Assembly (NCBI GenBank): GCA_051294375.1
Contig: CM119264.1
Location: forward strand, 4,739,352-4,803,351
Reading direction: 5' to 3'
Length of the DNA stretch: 64,000 bases
Origin: Paraspadella gotoi
Taxonomy: Eukaryota; Animalia; Chaetognatha
Made by a program: the position numbers and the translations under genes. The notes beneath the pieces are model-generated. The model was given only the letters and a program-made list of their open reading frames with translations, had not been told where the DNA came from and searched no databases. This document shows, piece by piece, positions 24,401 to 36,400 of the stretch. Each line of letters begins with the position of its first letter. Position 1 is the first letter of the stretch.

Positions 24401-27400
24401 TTTTATAACAAAACTAACGCCTCATTTTCTTTTAACTACACCAGAGTTGCCTATGTTACAATTCCAACAATATGGATCCGAGGGCAAACAAATCCGAATT
24501 GAAATCGTCTGACAACTCCTCTCCAGTTTTGTTCTTCAACGCTCCGAGTTGCGACGTGGTGGAACTAAATCTCAAAGAGTTCGTGTACGGTCTAGTCGCC
24601 CTATATATTGGCGGATGTCTCGTCAGCGGATGTAATATCGCCATCTCCATCTCGATGTGGCGACATATTCGCAAGACGAATCTTGCCAGGAGTAAGTCGA
24701 ATATTAATATTTTCCCTTGCTTCCATCCCTCCCTTCCAGACAAAACCCATTGTTTTTTGTTTTGTTTTTTTTTTTTTTTTTTACGCAAGTGGCACTCGGT
24801 CCTTTTCATTACGACGCTCGACGTTTCCGCAATTCACACCACATGGGGTCCCACTCAAGAAACCAAGCGTTTTCCAGGTTCTCAGTTCAAATGTCTTTCT
24901 CGTGTACTTTCTCTATTCTACTTAATAAACGTCAATTCATTTATCTCAGAACAATATACGTCCCGGAACGGGCTTTTGCCAGCGACGAATTGGAGCATTC
25001 CGCAGTCAGAGTGCACCGTTTTAATCTAGGAGCACAATGTGCGCAGAACTGCGATCACCTTTGTGGACAACATCTCCAACGAATGACTCAACAACAAACG
25101 AGAGAAGAAATCAACGGCCACCGACTAAGGCATTCGGAATCGGGGAGAAGATCAATGCGTCCCCCCACTAACGACGTTGTGGTGCCAACCCGGGATGCTG
25201 GCCTAAATCCCAATCAGCCAGGAGACGTGTTTTTTATATCTCTGCCAATGGATCCAAGAGAAGTTCCGCTTCCTCCTTACAATGAATTTTTTAATGGTCA
25301 AATTTGCAATTGTGAAATTCCCGAGGAGCCGATAATTTACAGGTTAGAATAAAAAAAAACGTTTAGAGACAGGGAAATACTTGAAAATAAATTAATAAAA
25401 TCAAAATTTATTTTTATAATTAAAATTAATTTGTATCTTTAACTGATCGAAAGGAAGCTTTAAAAATGTTGTTTCCAGGGATCCCCTACAAATAACAAAC
25501 GACTGTTCGGAATGTCTACAAGCATCCAGATCCCAGAGCAGAAGATGTGCCCTTTTTCGACGAGGGCCTTGGCTGTCGGATTCGCCGACGACTAGGCGTC
25601 GCGAGATCGTGGCGACGACGATTCCTTCGTCTCCGCCTCCACCTTATTCGTCGCCTCAAACCTCGAGGGGAAGCCGCCTTAAAGAAGAAGTCTCGAGAAA
25701 TGAAGAAATTCGCGACGTCCAAGTTGACGTCGTCGAAAATTCATCGCCACCGACGCCAAGGCTTCAAGCGGCAACGAAACCCATTAAACTTTCAGAGAGC
25801 ACGGCAAAAGGAGGTACTAACAACGGTGTAGAAGATTGTCAAATTGACGAACACATCGAAAACGTCGCCGTTTCACCGCGAGACGAAACTCGACGAATTA
25901 AGAGGGAAAAAGGGCAAGCGGGCCAACCCAAGTTTCCATGGCTACTTAAATCTAAATCAAAACAAAAGACAAAGCGACGTAAGGATGACGACTTTACTTC
26001 GCGAAAGTCAACGACGAAAGACGATCAGGAGGAAAAAACAACGAAGAAGAACAGGGAAGAAAATGACCTCGAAATCTTGGCCAGAAAAAAAAAGCCAGGG
26101 AGAAGTCAAACGACGAAATCGACGAACCTTCGTCGCACGGAGACATCGTCCACCGCCGTCTCGAGGAAAACCTCCACAGCCAAAGAGCTGAACAAAATTC
26201 TTAAGGAGAGCAACCGGAGATTAAGGAAGGAAAAGAAGGAAGGGAAAACAGCGAAAAGCCAAGAGGCGGAGATGGGGGAGACGAGATCACGAATCCGTCA
26301 CAGAACCGCCGACGTCTTCAACGACGCCGCATTGGCGGAACGATTCGGCGACGTGGAGAGGAGACGGAACGAGAGGATGGGCGTAACGCCAGTTGACGAG
26401 GAACTGGCGCCGTCAGAACAAAGGAGAAAGAGGAGGGAATCAGCTATCGAGATTCAAAGGAGAAGGAAGAAGAGGATCAGCGAAACCATGATATGAGGAT
26501 GGGATTAGATTGCTGTCTTCGTTTTCTTTCACTTTTATTAATAATTAAATTAATTACAACTTGTCCTTAATTGTAACCATTCACTACAAACTTAAATTTG
26601 TCTATAAAGATTTTGAGCTAAAAAAAAGCATCAGATAATATGTACTATATAGGTGAAAAAAATTCGACCGCGATGAGCCAATCCTTGATCGTAAACGTCT
26701 TTTGCCGCCTCGATAAATTTGAGAGAGAGAGAGAGAGAGAGAGCATTTGTTAGACGAGGCCTCCCCTAGATACTGAGCAGGATGAAGGAGAATCAACGAG
26801 TTCAAAGGTCGACCGTAAAAATAAAATAAAGAATTTCGGAGTCTATTCTTAACATCGATCAAACTAAAATGTAGGTAGTGTGGCCGTATACCACCCTATA
26901 CCGTATACTACCCTATACCGTATACCACATTAGTAGTTAAAAATCCTTCATTATCTTTGAAAACCGCAATTCACTCCAGCACTCCACAACCCTTACTCAC
27001 GCTGCGGCCAAGAAACTGGCTGTTCCTGAACTTCTTGAGATAAGTGGCGATGAAGAAGGTGGCAAAGAGGAGGATGGTGGCGAGGAGGCCGGTGTTCGGG
27101 TCGGCGTGAGGCCTCGCGGAATCAGGTTCGTCGGACGAAATGCTAGAGGAGTTCCAGACGCTGGAATTGATGGCCTCCGCACCCTCCACGTAAACAAGGG
27201 GGTTCTTCTCGAAAATCGTTTTCAGTTTGCTGAGGGGAATGGGTAAAGGAAGGGGGAGTTGGTATGAAGGATTGCGAGGGAAAATCGATGCGACTCAAAA
27301 GCGAGTCACTTACTTGAACACTTCATAGACAAAAATGAGGGAAATGAGGAAAGCGAAGATCTCCTCGGAGAAGCGGGAGAGAAGCGAAGCGAGGGAGGAG

Positions 27401-30400
27401 CCTTCGGCGGCGACGAGCAAGACGGCGATGATGGCGATCCAAATGCCGACCCAAGCGCGGAACACGATGAACTGGATCTGGCGGAGGTCAGGAATGGGGA
27501 GGAGGGAAGGAGGGAGAAAGTAGGGAAAAGTGATTCACGACGGAATCACGAGTTCAAAGCTTACGTCGTTGTTGGTGCAAAACTCGTAAAGAGATTCTTC
27601 GAAAACGAGAAGAGGACCGGTGTAGCCAATGATCAAAAGCGGTTGACCTAATAGAAGAAATTTCAGTTGTGAGGGAATCACAAAAGATTATACATACATT
27701 AGTGAAAATGAATACCAACATGAGTCAACAAAAACTATTAGAATAACCAAACAATTTTTAAAGTTCTACCACTAAGTCTCAACAAGCTATTGACGCATTG
27801 CTATGCCTCTCATCAGGTAAGCTGATCCTCTAAGCTACTTTATATTCTGCGAGGTAATTTTTTTAAATTTAAATTAAAGACGGGCTCCAAAATGTTGCGA
27901 CTTAATCTTTCTGAAACGAATATTTCACGAATGATGAATCGATGATCAAAGGGAATCTAAATCACCTGGCTTCGATTATGAAAAGATTCACAAAGACTGC
28001 ATTTTACGAACACTCCGAACGCGGCTCGGGATAATTATCTCCCGTCGAGAAAAATAGGGGGTTTTCGACCCCTAACGAGAAAAGAACATCTATCAAACGA
28101 GGGGGGAGGGTGTGTGAGGGTTCTCGAAAGGCAGGAATAAAAGTAAAGCTCCTCCCCCCACTGGCGCTCCTCACTTATCCTGGCCTTTTTCTCCGACAAA
28201 CGGATGTATTTTTTTTAAAGGTGAAGCGAATGGGTTTTTTTTTCTCTAGAAAAGGCAAATTTATATTTACAACGCTGTTAAATAATAAAAACAAATCGAA
28301 TATTTTTTCCCTCCAGAGAGAAAGAAAGAGAAACTGATGGGCATCAGCCACTGCTCTCCCCGCTTGACATTAAAAAGCGGCGAGAAAAAAAAAAGTAAAA
28401 ATCTGAACAGAAACACGAATCGATTTCTTCTTTTTTTTTTCATTTCTCAATGACGATAATGGATGCGTAAAGATGGAAAGAAGGAGAGAAATCGGCGTGA
28501 GTCTCGTATGTGAGTCTCACCAAGTCGCTTTTCGGAAGGAGAGACGTGCGCGAGCAAAATGCCGACGACGACCTTGGGAGAAACGACCCAAAACTGACGA
28601 CTTAAATGCGTTTTAGATGATCCGCTCGAGAAGATCCTTTTCTCTCTCACGCATAGTTTTGTGATATGATTCCAATACGATACTCAGTCCTACCGTGACG
28701 ACTATAAAAAATTAATGATATTTGAAACAATAAAAAACTACATCTTATCGTATTTTTTCGACGGGAGCCGAAATAATTTTTTTTAAAAAATTTGTGTTAA
28801 TTTTTTTTCTGAAAAAAGAGGCGATCTAAGAACTCGCGATGCTATGTTATTTTATCTTCGTCTCCTTCATCGGAATGAGCGTTCAAAGGCAATGGAACTA
28901 TCATCACGTTAACGAGTGGGGTGGATCGTGTCAAACGGGAAACCGTCAATCTCCTATAGATTTAGTTTCAAAAAGTAAGACTCCACGCAAAGTTAATTGT
29001 TAAACAGTCCGGGTTTATTTAAAGAAAATTATAGAAAATAATCATTTCTAAAGGAAAAAAAATAAGTAAATTTAAAATATTCAATTTCTATAATTTCCTT
29101 TTTTCATTTTCTTTTATTTAAGAATTTACCTCTTACGAGGCGGTGGAATTCAACGATGCGGCAAGAGAACCGATATCGGGCAGCGATGCCGTCACCCTCA
29201 AAGTCGTGAGTATTATTATTAGGACGGCCTTTGATCAGTTCTCGGTCAACGCTTTTCACTTTTCACGATTTCAGCTCAACGACGGTCACACAATAAAAGT
29301 TCACGGCCCGCTCTTTGATAGAATCGAAGTCAGCGGGGGAGGACTGAAGTCGACGTACCGGGGGAAGCAGCTGCATTTTCATTGGGGCATCGACGACGGA
29401 GAAGGATCAGAACACACGGTGGATGGAAAGGATTTTCCCTTAGAGATGCACCTCGTCACGTACAAGGCCAAATTCAAAAATCTGACCGAAGCCGTCGCAT
29501 CCGGGGAAAAGGACGCGCTCGCCGCTTTCGGAGTCTTGCACCAAGTTAAAGGTGTGACTGCGTCTGTCTGGCTTCGGTTATTGTCCTACTTTTTATTTTT
29601 ATAGTAACAAAATAATCAATGTATAAATTCCCCACTTCCCTTAGATTCTCCACCGACACCAATCGACAAATTGAGATACGCGATCGGCGAGGTGGTTCCC
29701 GCCGTCCACAGGGAGGTCTCTCTCCGATCGGCACCCGGATTCTCAATCAGGGATTTGTTTCCCGATCGGCTGGATCGATTCTTTCGCTACGGCGGAAGCG
29801 TTACCACGCCCTCCTGCGCGGAACTCGTGTCATGGACAGTTTTTCGAGACGTCAAATCGGTGAAATGGGAAGCCGTGAGTCTCTTCAGAAAGGTGAAAGA
29901 CTCAACAAAAGATTTAACGGGTGACCAAACCATGAAATTTTATATTCGCTTCGTAATTCCCTTCATACAGACGAAAGGAGTGCACGGATCGGCGATAGAG
30001 TTCAACAAAAGGCCACTGCAGAAGTTGGGGGACCGGGTCATTTTGACCAATTCTGCGACGGCGATAATTACTACGAATTGGGGGGCGTTTACCGCGATAT
30101 TGTTACTCATCCTTAATCGACTCCAACAGAAGAACTTTGTTATCCTAATCAATTAAGACGGAAATCTCTGCACGCAGCAGGATTGAAAACCTATTCCAGT
30201 TTGAATGAACTAACTGCAAATCAAGTTTACCATATCAAAATTCTTAACTTTTAATTGGAAATATTTTTACGTATTAATTTTAAACTTACCTCGGCACCTT
30301 TGCTGAAAATTTCAGTATTTCTAATAATTGTTTCCTTATGCACTAAATAATGATCTAATTCAATTCAATTAAATATAACTTTTTAACAAACTTTCAATCC

Positions 30401-33400
30401 AAAATTTATAAAGAAAAATGGATAATTTTTATGAGTAGAAAATAACGGACAACTGCATCAAGGCTGAAAAAACTATTGAATAAGTAGGTGCAATGAAAGC
30501 GCGTTCAATAAAGTCAACTTGAAAAAAATGGGAGAGTAGAAAAACAAAGAAAAAACTGACCAGCCAAAAGGGAGAAAATGACGCCGCAGACGCAGGTAGA
30601 AACGAGAGTCTCCGTGACGCCGATCCAGTTGTTGGTCTTGTCCGCCAGGAGTCCGCCGAACGTGATGGCGGGCGAGAGGCAGGCGAAGTATATAAAAAAG
30701 AACGAGGCGAGGCACTAAACGCCAAAGAAAGTATTTTCTATAAATAAACGAAGACGACCAGGAATATGAAAATTAATTAATTATGAATAATTTATAATAA
30801 GTAAATAATAAATAAATAATTAATAATTAATTAATTAATTAATCGCACCTGCATGTTGAGCCCGTCCTTAAAATCGCTTAAGTAGTGTCTGTAGCGGCGT
30901 CTTGCGTCCCGAATGGCCCCGCCGAAGGGTCGCCCCGTCCGTTTGAACGAACCGTCTGGTGGCGGCTTTTTCTCACCGTCTGGAACTGTCGAGTAATTAC
31001 GTAAATGCTTTATTTTCTTTCCTTTGATTTTCAGAATAGCTAAAAGTTCCCCAAGTCTTAGACAACATTCGTTCTTTAACGACTTTCGAGTGTTTATTTA
31101 AGTAGCGGCATAGGTCAACATTGTCTTTGTTTGCCAACAATAAATTCCCTATGAATCCCCACATCCACCCCTTCTTCGTCCCAACCCTACCCAGCAGCTC
31201 CTTCTCCTCGTCCCTCTTCTTCCGCCTCTTGACGGGATTCTCCATGGCGAGTTTGGGGAGGAGTTTGGAGTTCCAGGCGCCAGGCGGGAGCACCACCGAG
31301 TCGTCGAGGAATTCGTTGATGGCCTGGAGGAGGACCTCGCGCTCCTCGGCCTGATAGGCCGACTCGTGGAAGGTGGTGTTCGCCATCAGGGTGGAGATCG
31401 AGCGACCGATCTCGTGGTAGTTGACGATTTCCTGTGCGTTGGGGGGGGGTGTTAATGTATTCAATAGATGAGTCACTCTAAAAAAAAAAAACTCTTTAAT
31501 TTAATTTAATCACCTGATCGTCCGGGCCGAGCAGGATGAAGATGAAGCGAACTGGAAGAGGGACCTCCGTCAAATTTCCAAGATGGCGTCCTTCCGACAA
31601 ACGAACGAACCCCATCGCGGGCTGGTCCAGAAAACTGACCGCGCCTGTATTAGGGAAAGCAATCGTTGAGAAAAAGATGGAACGGAGGAACGACTTAATT
31701 CCTTCCCTCCTTCCTTCCTTCCCGAGTTTTCCTCAACTTACCGACCAAGACGGCGAAAGCTTCCGCACCCTCCGGGATTTTCTTGAGAATCTCCGCTTTG
31801 TGGAGGTCCTTTGTCTCTTCGGGCATTTTGTAGGCGACGTTGTTTCGGTTCAGGTTCGAGGTCACCTGGTGATAAGAGTCATAACACTTAGAGAAACAAA
31901 AAAAAGAAAGAAAAGAAGGAAGAAAGGAAGGAATGAATGAAAGAAAAAAAATGGGAAAAAAAAGAAAGAAAAAAGGGAAAGAAAGAAAAAGAGAGAAAGA
32001 AATAAAAAGAGAAAAAAAAAGAGAAAAAAAGAAAAAGAGAGAAAGAAATAAAAAGAGAAAAAAAAAGAGAAAAAAAGAAAAAGAGAGAAAGAAAGAAAAA
32101 AAGAGAAAAAAAGAAAAGAAAGAAAAAGAGAGAAAGAAAAAGAAAAAAAGAAAAAAAGAGAAAGAAAAAGAAAAAGAAAAAAAGAAAAAGAAAGAAAGAA
32201 AAAAAGAAAAAGAGAGAAAGAAAAAGAAAAAGAGAAAAAAAAGAGAGAAAAAAAGAAAAAGAGAGAAAAAAGAAAAGAGAGAAGAAAGAAAAGAGAGAAA
32301 AAAAAAAGAAGAAAGAAAAAAGAGAGAAAAAAAAGAGAAAAATAAAAAAAGAAAAAAATAAAAAAAAATAATAAAAAATAATAAAATAATAAAAAAAGAG
32401 AGAGAAAAAAAGAAAAAGAGAGAAAGGAAAGAAAAAGAGAGAAAAAAAAGAGAAAAATAAAAAAAGAAAAAAAGAAAAAATAATAATAAAAAAAAATAAA
32501 AAAAAGAAAAAAATAAAAAGAAAGAGAAATTAGAGAGTAGAAAAAAGAAAAGAAAAAAGAAGAAAAAAAAGGAAAAAAAAAGAAAAAAGAAGAGAAAAAA
32601 AAACGGAGAAAAAAAAAGAGCGTTTAAAAAAGTTACAAGAAGAGATACAGTATTTCATTTGGGCTTCTGCGCAGTAAACTCAAGCCCACCAGCCTCTCAC
32701 CTTATCATCGCGAAGATTCTTCTTCTCCAACTCGTCATCGGTCTCCCCGACGGTGAAGACGACCCGCGGGCCTTCCTCCGTCCGAAGATCCCCTCGCGAG
32801 GGAATCCCCACCAAAGAGTTGGAACCCTTGATGCTTCTTCCGTCTTCGATCAAACTTTTTCGATCTTCCTTCGCATCGGCGACGAAGGGCTGAGTCTCCG
32901 AGACTGGAAGAAGCGAACGAAAACGGGCATCGGTTTAACTTTGAAAAGGCAACTATGCAATATGTATTAAGGCGGGCCAGAATTTATTTTTTACAGTATG
33001 AAATATTGTCTGCATTAAAAGTCTTTTGTCCTTTTACAACCAAATTGACTTATGAAGTTAGATTTTGATTAAATTCATTTTCATCATGAATGGAAGCATT
33101 TTAATATTAAAGAATATATAAGAAATGCTTAAAAAGATTTTTAAGAAATTTAAATTTTTAAAAATGTATTCTGATAAAGATAAAAAAGTTAGATAAAGGT
33201 TAGTATTAAAAATGTCAAAAATTTTAATGTTAAAAAGGTTAAAATTTGAAAAACCTTAAAAAATCATCATCATCATCATCATTCAATAAATTTGATAGTT
33301 TTGTTAATTTTTATAAACAAATAATTAAAATTTCAACTTTTCAAGCTCTATCAGAATCCGATAAAAAAAATTAAAAATTATTCAAAAATTTTTTGGACAT

Positions 33401-36400
33401 AATATAGTATTTGGATAATACAAAATAGCTTCCATGCGTCTAACTATAATATAAATTTTATTTTTTTTATTTTTACGATCTCTAATAAACACATTAACAA
33501 TATTTATATATTATATAATATATATGTATACTAAGAAAGGAGGGGGACATTAGAGATTTTACTGAAAAGATTTTAACACCTTAATAGATCGAGACCATAA
33601 GACTAAGCGTATTATTACTAAGAATTCCTAGAGCTATGGTTTTTAACACCTTTCATGTTCAATTCTTCCGTTGCTTTCCCGCTTTCATCATCTTCGTGTC
33701 CTGAAAAAATATTTGATAACGGATTGGGAAAGCCTAGCAATTGCAGCTATCTGACGAATAACATAAAACACTATTTTGAGGGTTAAGAGTAAATGGAGGG
33801 AGAGTTGTAAGAGATAGATTCTTAGAATAATACTAAATGAGATTGAGATTTCATCAATCTCATTTGCATATAGTAGTAAATAATTTTAAGTCCAATTAAC
33901 TTTTGTAGTTTTATTATTAGGCATATTTTTGGATTTTACAATGCTTTTCTATATTGTTTAGTAGTTTAATTGATTCATAGATAATTTTGTGCTAATTTGA
34001 CAGAGTAATTATGTCATTAATAATTGAGAGTTTATGTCTATCCTGGCTGATCTTTTCATAACTCAAATACTTTATTATTTAAAAGTGAAATCAATCCGCT
34101 TGACATTTTTCGTTTTTTACTTTTTCTGGTTTTATGATTTTTACATTTGATCCTTGAACGTTCTTGAACGTTATTTATAGTTTCTTATGAATTAGTTCAT
34201 AACATTTATTAATGATTTTAAACGTTAGTGTCTTTTGTTTTTATTGAATTTCAATATGTAGTTTAGTTTTTACTTTTTTTCCAGTCTTTTAAACGTTAGT
34301 GTCTTTTGTTTTTATTAAATTTCAATACATAGTTTAGTTTTCCAGTCTTTTACACTGTTACTGTTTATGATTATGTTAATACTGTTTTTGATATTAAAAT
34401 AAAATTTAAAAAAAAGGAAGTACTTTCATGTTAAAAAAAAAACTCTCATGTTAGAGTCGCAAATCTCTGAAGTCCTTGCTCAATGTATTAAGTGTTGAAT
34501 ACTTGTAGTAAATAAACAAAAAAATAAACAATAATTATATTTGTATTGAGTTATTTAGCTATAGTAATAAATCTCAGGTAAAATAGAAAGACAACGCGAG
34601 CACTATCACTGAAGATGCAAGTAACAAATAATATATAATCCATAACCTGAGTCCCACTGCTATAGAGTGAAAACAAAAAACGAAAATAAGGCGATCCTTA
34701 CCTGCGCCAGCGGATCGAAACGAGACGTTTGAAAAATTTCGCTGAAATCTGGAGAGGAGCGACTCTCCAGATTGGAGTCCATCGTGCTGATGTTGCCTTG
34801 GGCAATAGAGAAATAGAAAATGTACTCTTCGTCAAAATATAATTCAGCAAACGGGAAAGTTATTAAATATTGTATAAAAACCTTCATAGATTTTAAAAAA
34901 AAGTCACCGAAAAAAATCATTCAAATATACAACTACGTCTACGAATTGGTTTTCATCGTACGTATCCTGAAGCTGTAATCCCATCACTAATGATGGAGAC
35001 TAATTCACTATCTTATAGTTTGTAAATTGTAAAAAGTGTGCGGTCTTTCACACTTACGTATTTAAAAACAACTGTCTATCCTTTTAAAGAAACGCATTTC
35101 CGTCAAAGTATAGTAGTTCATAGGAATTTTGTTCAAATCTAAAATATTTTTACGGTTAGGGACCAAGGCCAATTTTTTACTCGTTCATTTCAATCTTTTG
35201 AATACTTTTAAATTTTCACATTTTGAAAGCTCAAATAGTTCAGGGGAAAACGAAACTGGGTCAAGTAACACTATTAGGCTAAGGGTGGCGCCAAATAGGC
35301 TCTGTTTCAGTGATCGCGTATAATACTGTTTAATGTATATTAAATCTAATAGGAACTAAAATGGAATCAAGCATGCTCGATAAAAAAAGCGTCTAATACA
35401 TGAACTACGAAGCACTAAGTGAATTTTAAAACATACAAAGGAGTTAGCGTTCAAGAAAAGAATAATACTACTGCTGAAACTTGGTGACCAACTCCAAGAA
35501 TAATATATATAAAAAAATATACGCCAAAATTGTGCATTTTATTTTTCGTTCCCAAAGAGTCATGGGCGAAAAAAACACAAAAAAGGGGAAAAAGCTGGTT
35601 ACTAAATAAGAAAAAGGCAAATATTTGAAAAATTATAATTTACTACAAATGGCGCGCGCTCTCTGAATAAACAAATTAATTACCCAGAATGACGAAACCT
35701 CGCAAGTCCTACCGCTATCCTAATCATCCTATCCCTATTCAGAGTCAACTAGGTCGTTAAAATACATAGTAATTTCGCAGTCTAGCCAAAAGATCGCTAG
35801 GCGCCAAAGAGACTCGGATCTTTCATATTAATCGATTTTGTTTGACCCAACGATATTGTACAATCTCTAATACTCTATCTCTCTATCCTAATTTTTTAAT
35901 CGTAACGTCATTAACGTCATCGTTAAAGTGATAAGTTCTACAATACTAAGAGCCAATCAGTCGTGAAGGTGATGATTGATATACAAAATTTTACAAGTGA
36001 ATATGTGTATATCTGTATGTGAATATAATATATATTTTTTTTAAATAAATAGGGATGGATAAAAAATAAAGAAATTTGAAATGGCAATTAAAAAAAAGAG
36101 CAATTTCAGAACCGTTCCCAAATATATTAGCAACAACTTTTTTTTTTCATTCCAAATTAGTTGTTACTACTTTTTGAAATATCATACTTAGTTGCAGAAT
36201 AGTTTCTCAGGCTTTTTCGCCTTAACTCTGAAGGATGGAGCGCAGAACTTATTTTCCTGAGCCTCGGTGCATTATCTTCCGAATGACTAAGGGTGAATAT
36301 CGATTAAGTGTTTAAAAATGGGTTTAAGCGTGAGAAGTAAAAGTGGACAAATAGGTACAGGGTGACTGGTGAGTTGTTTCTTTCAATATCCTACAATCTG

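Noticed and set aside
31933-32361. 142-aa K/R/E ORF
   Set aside because: Translation of an intronic polypurine tract.
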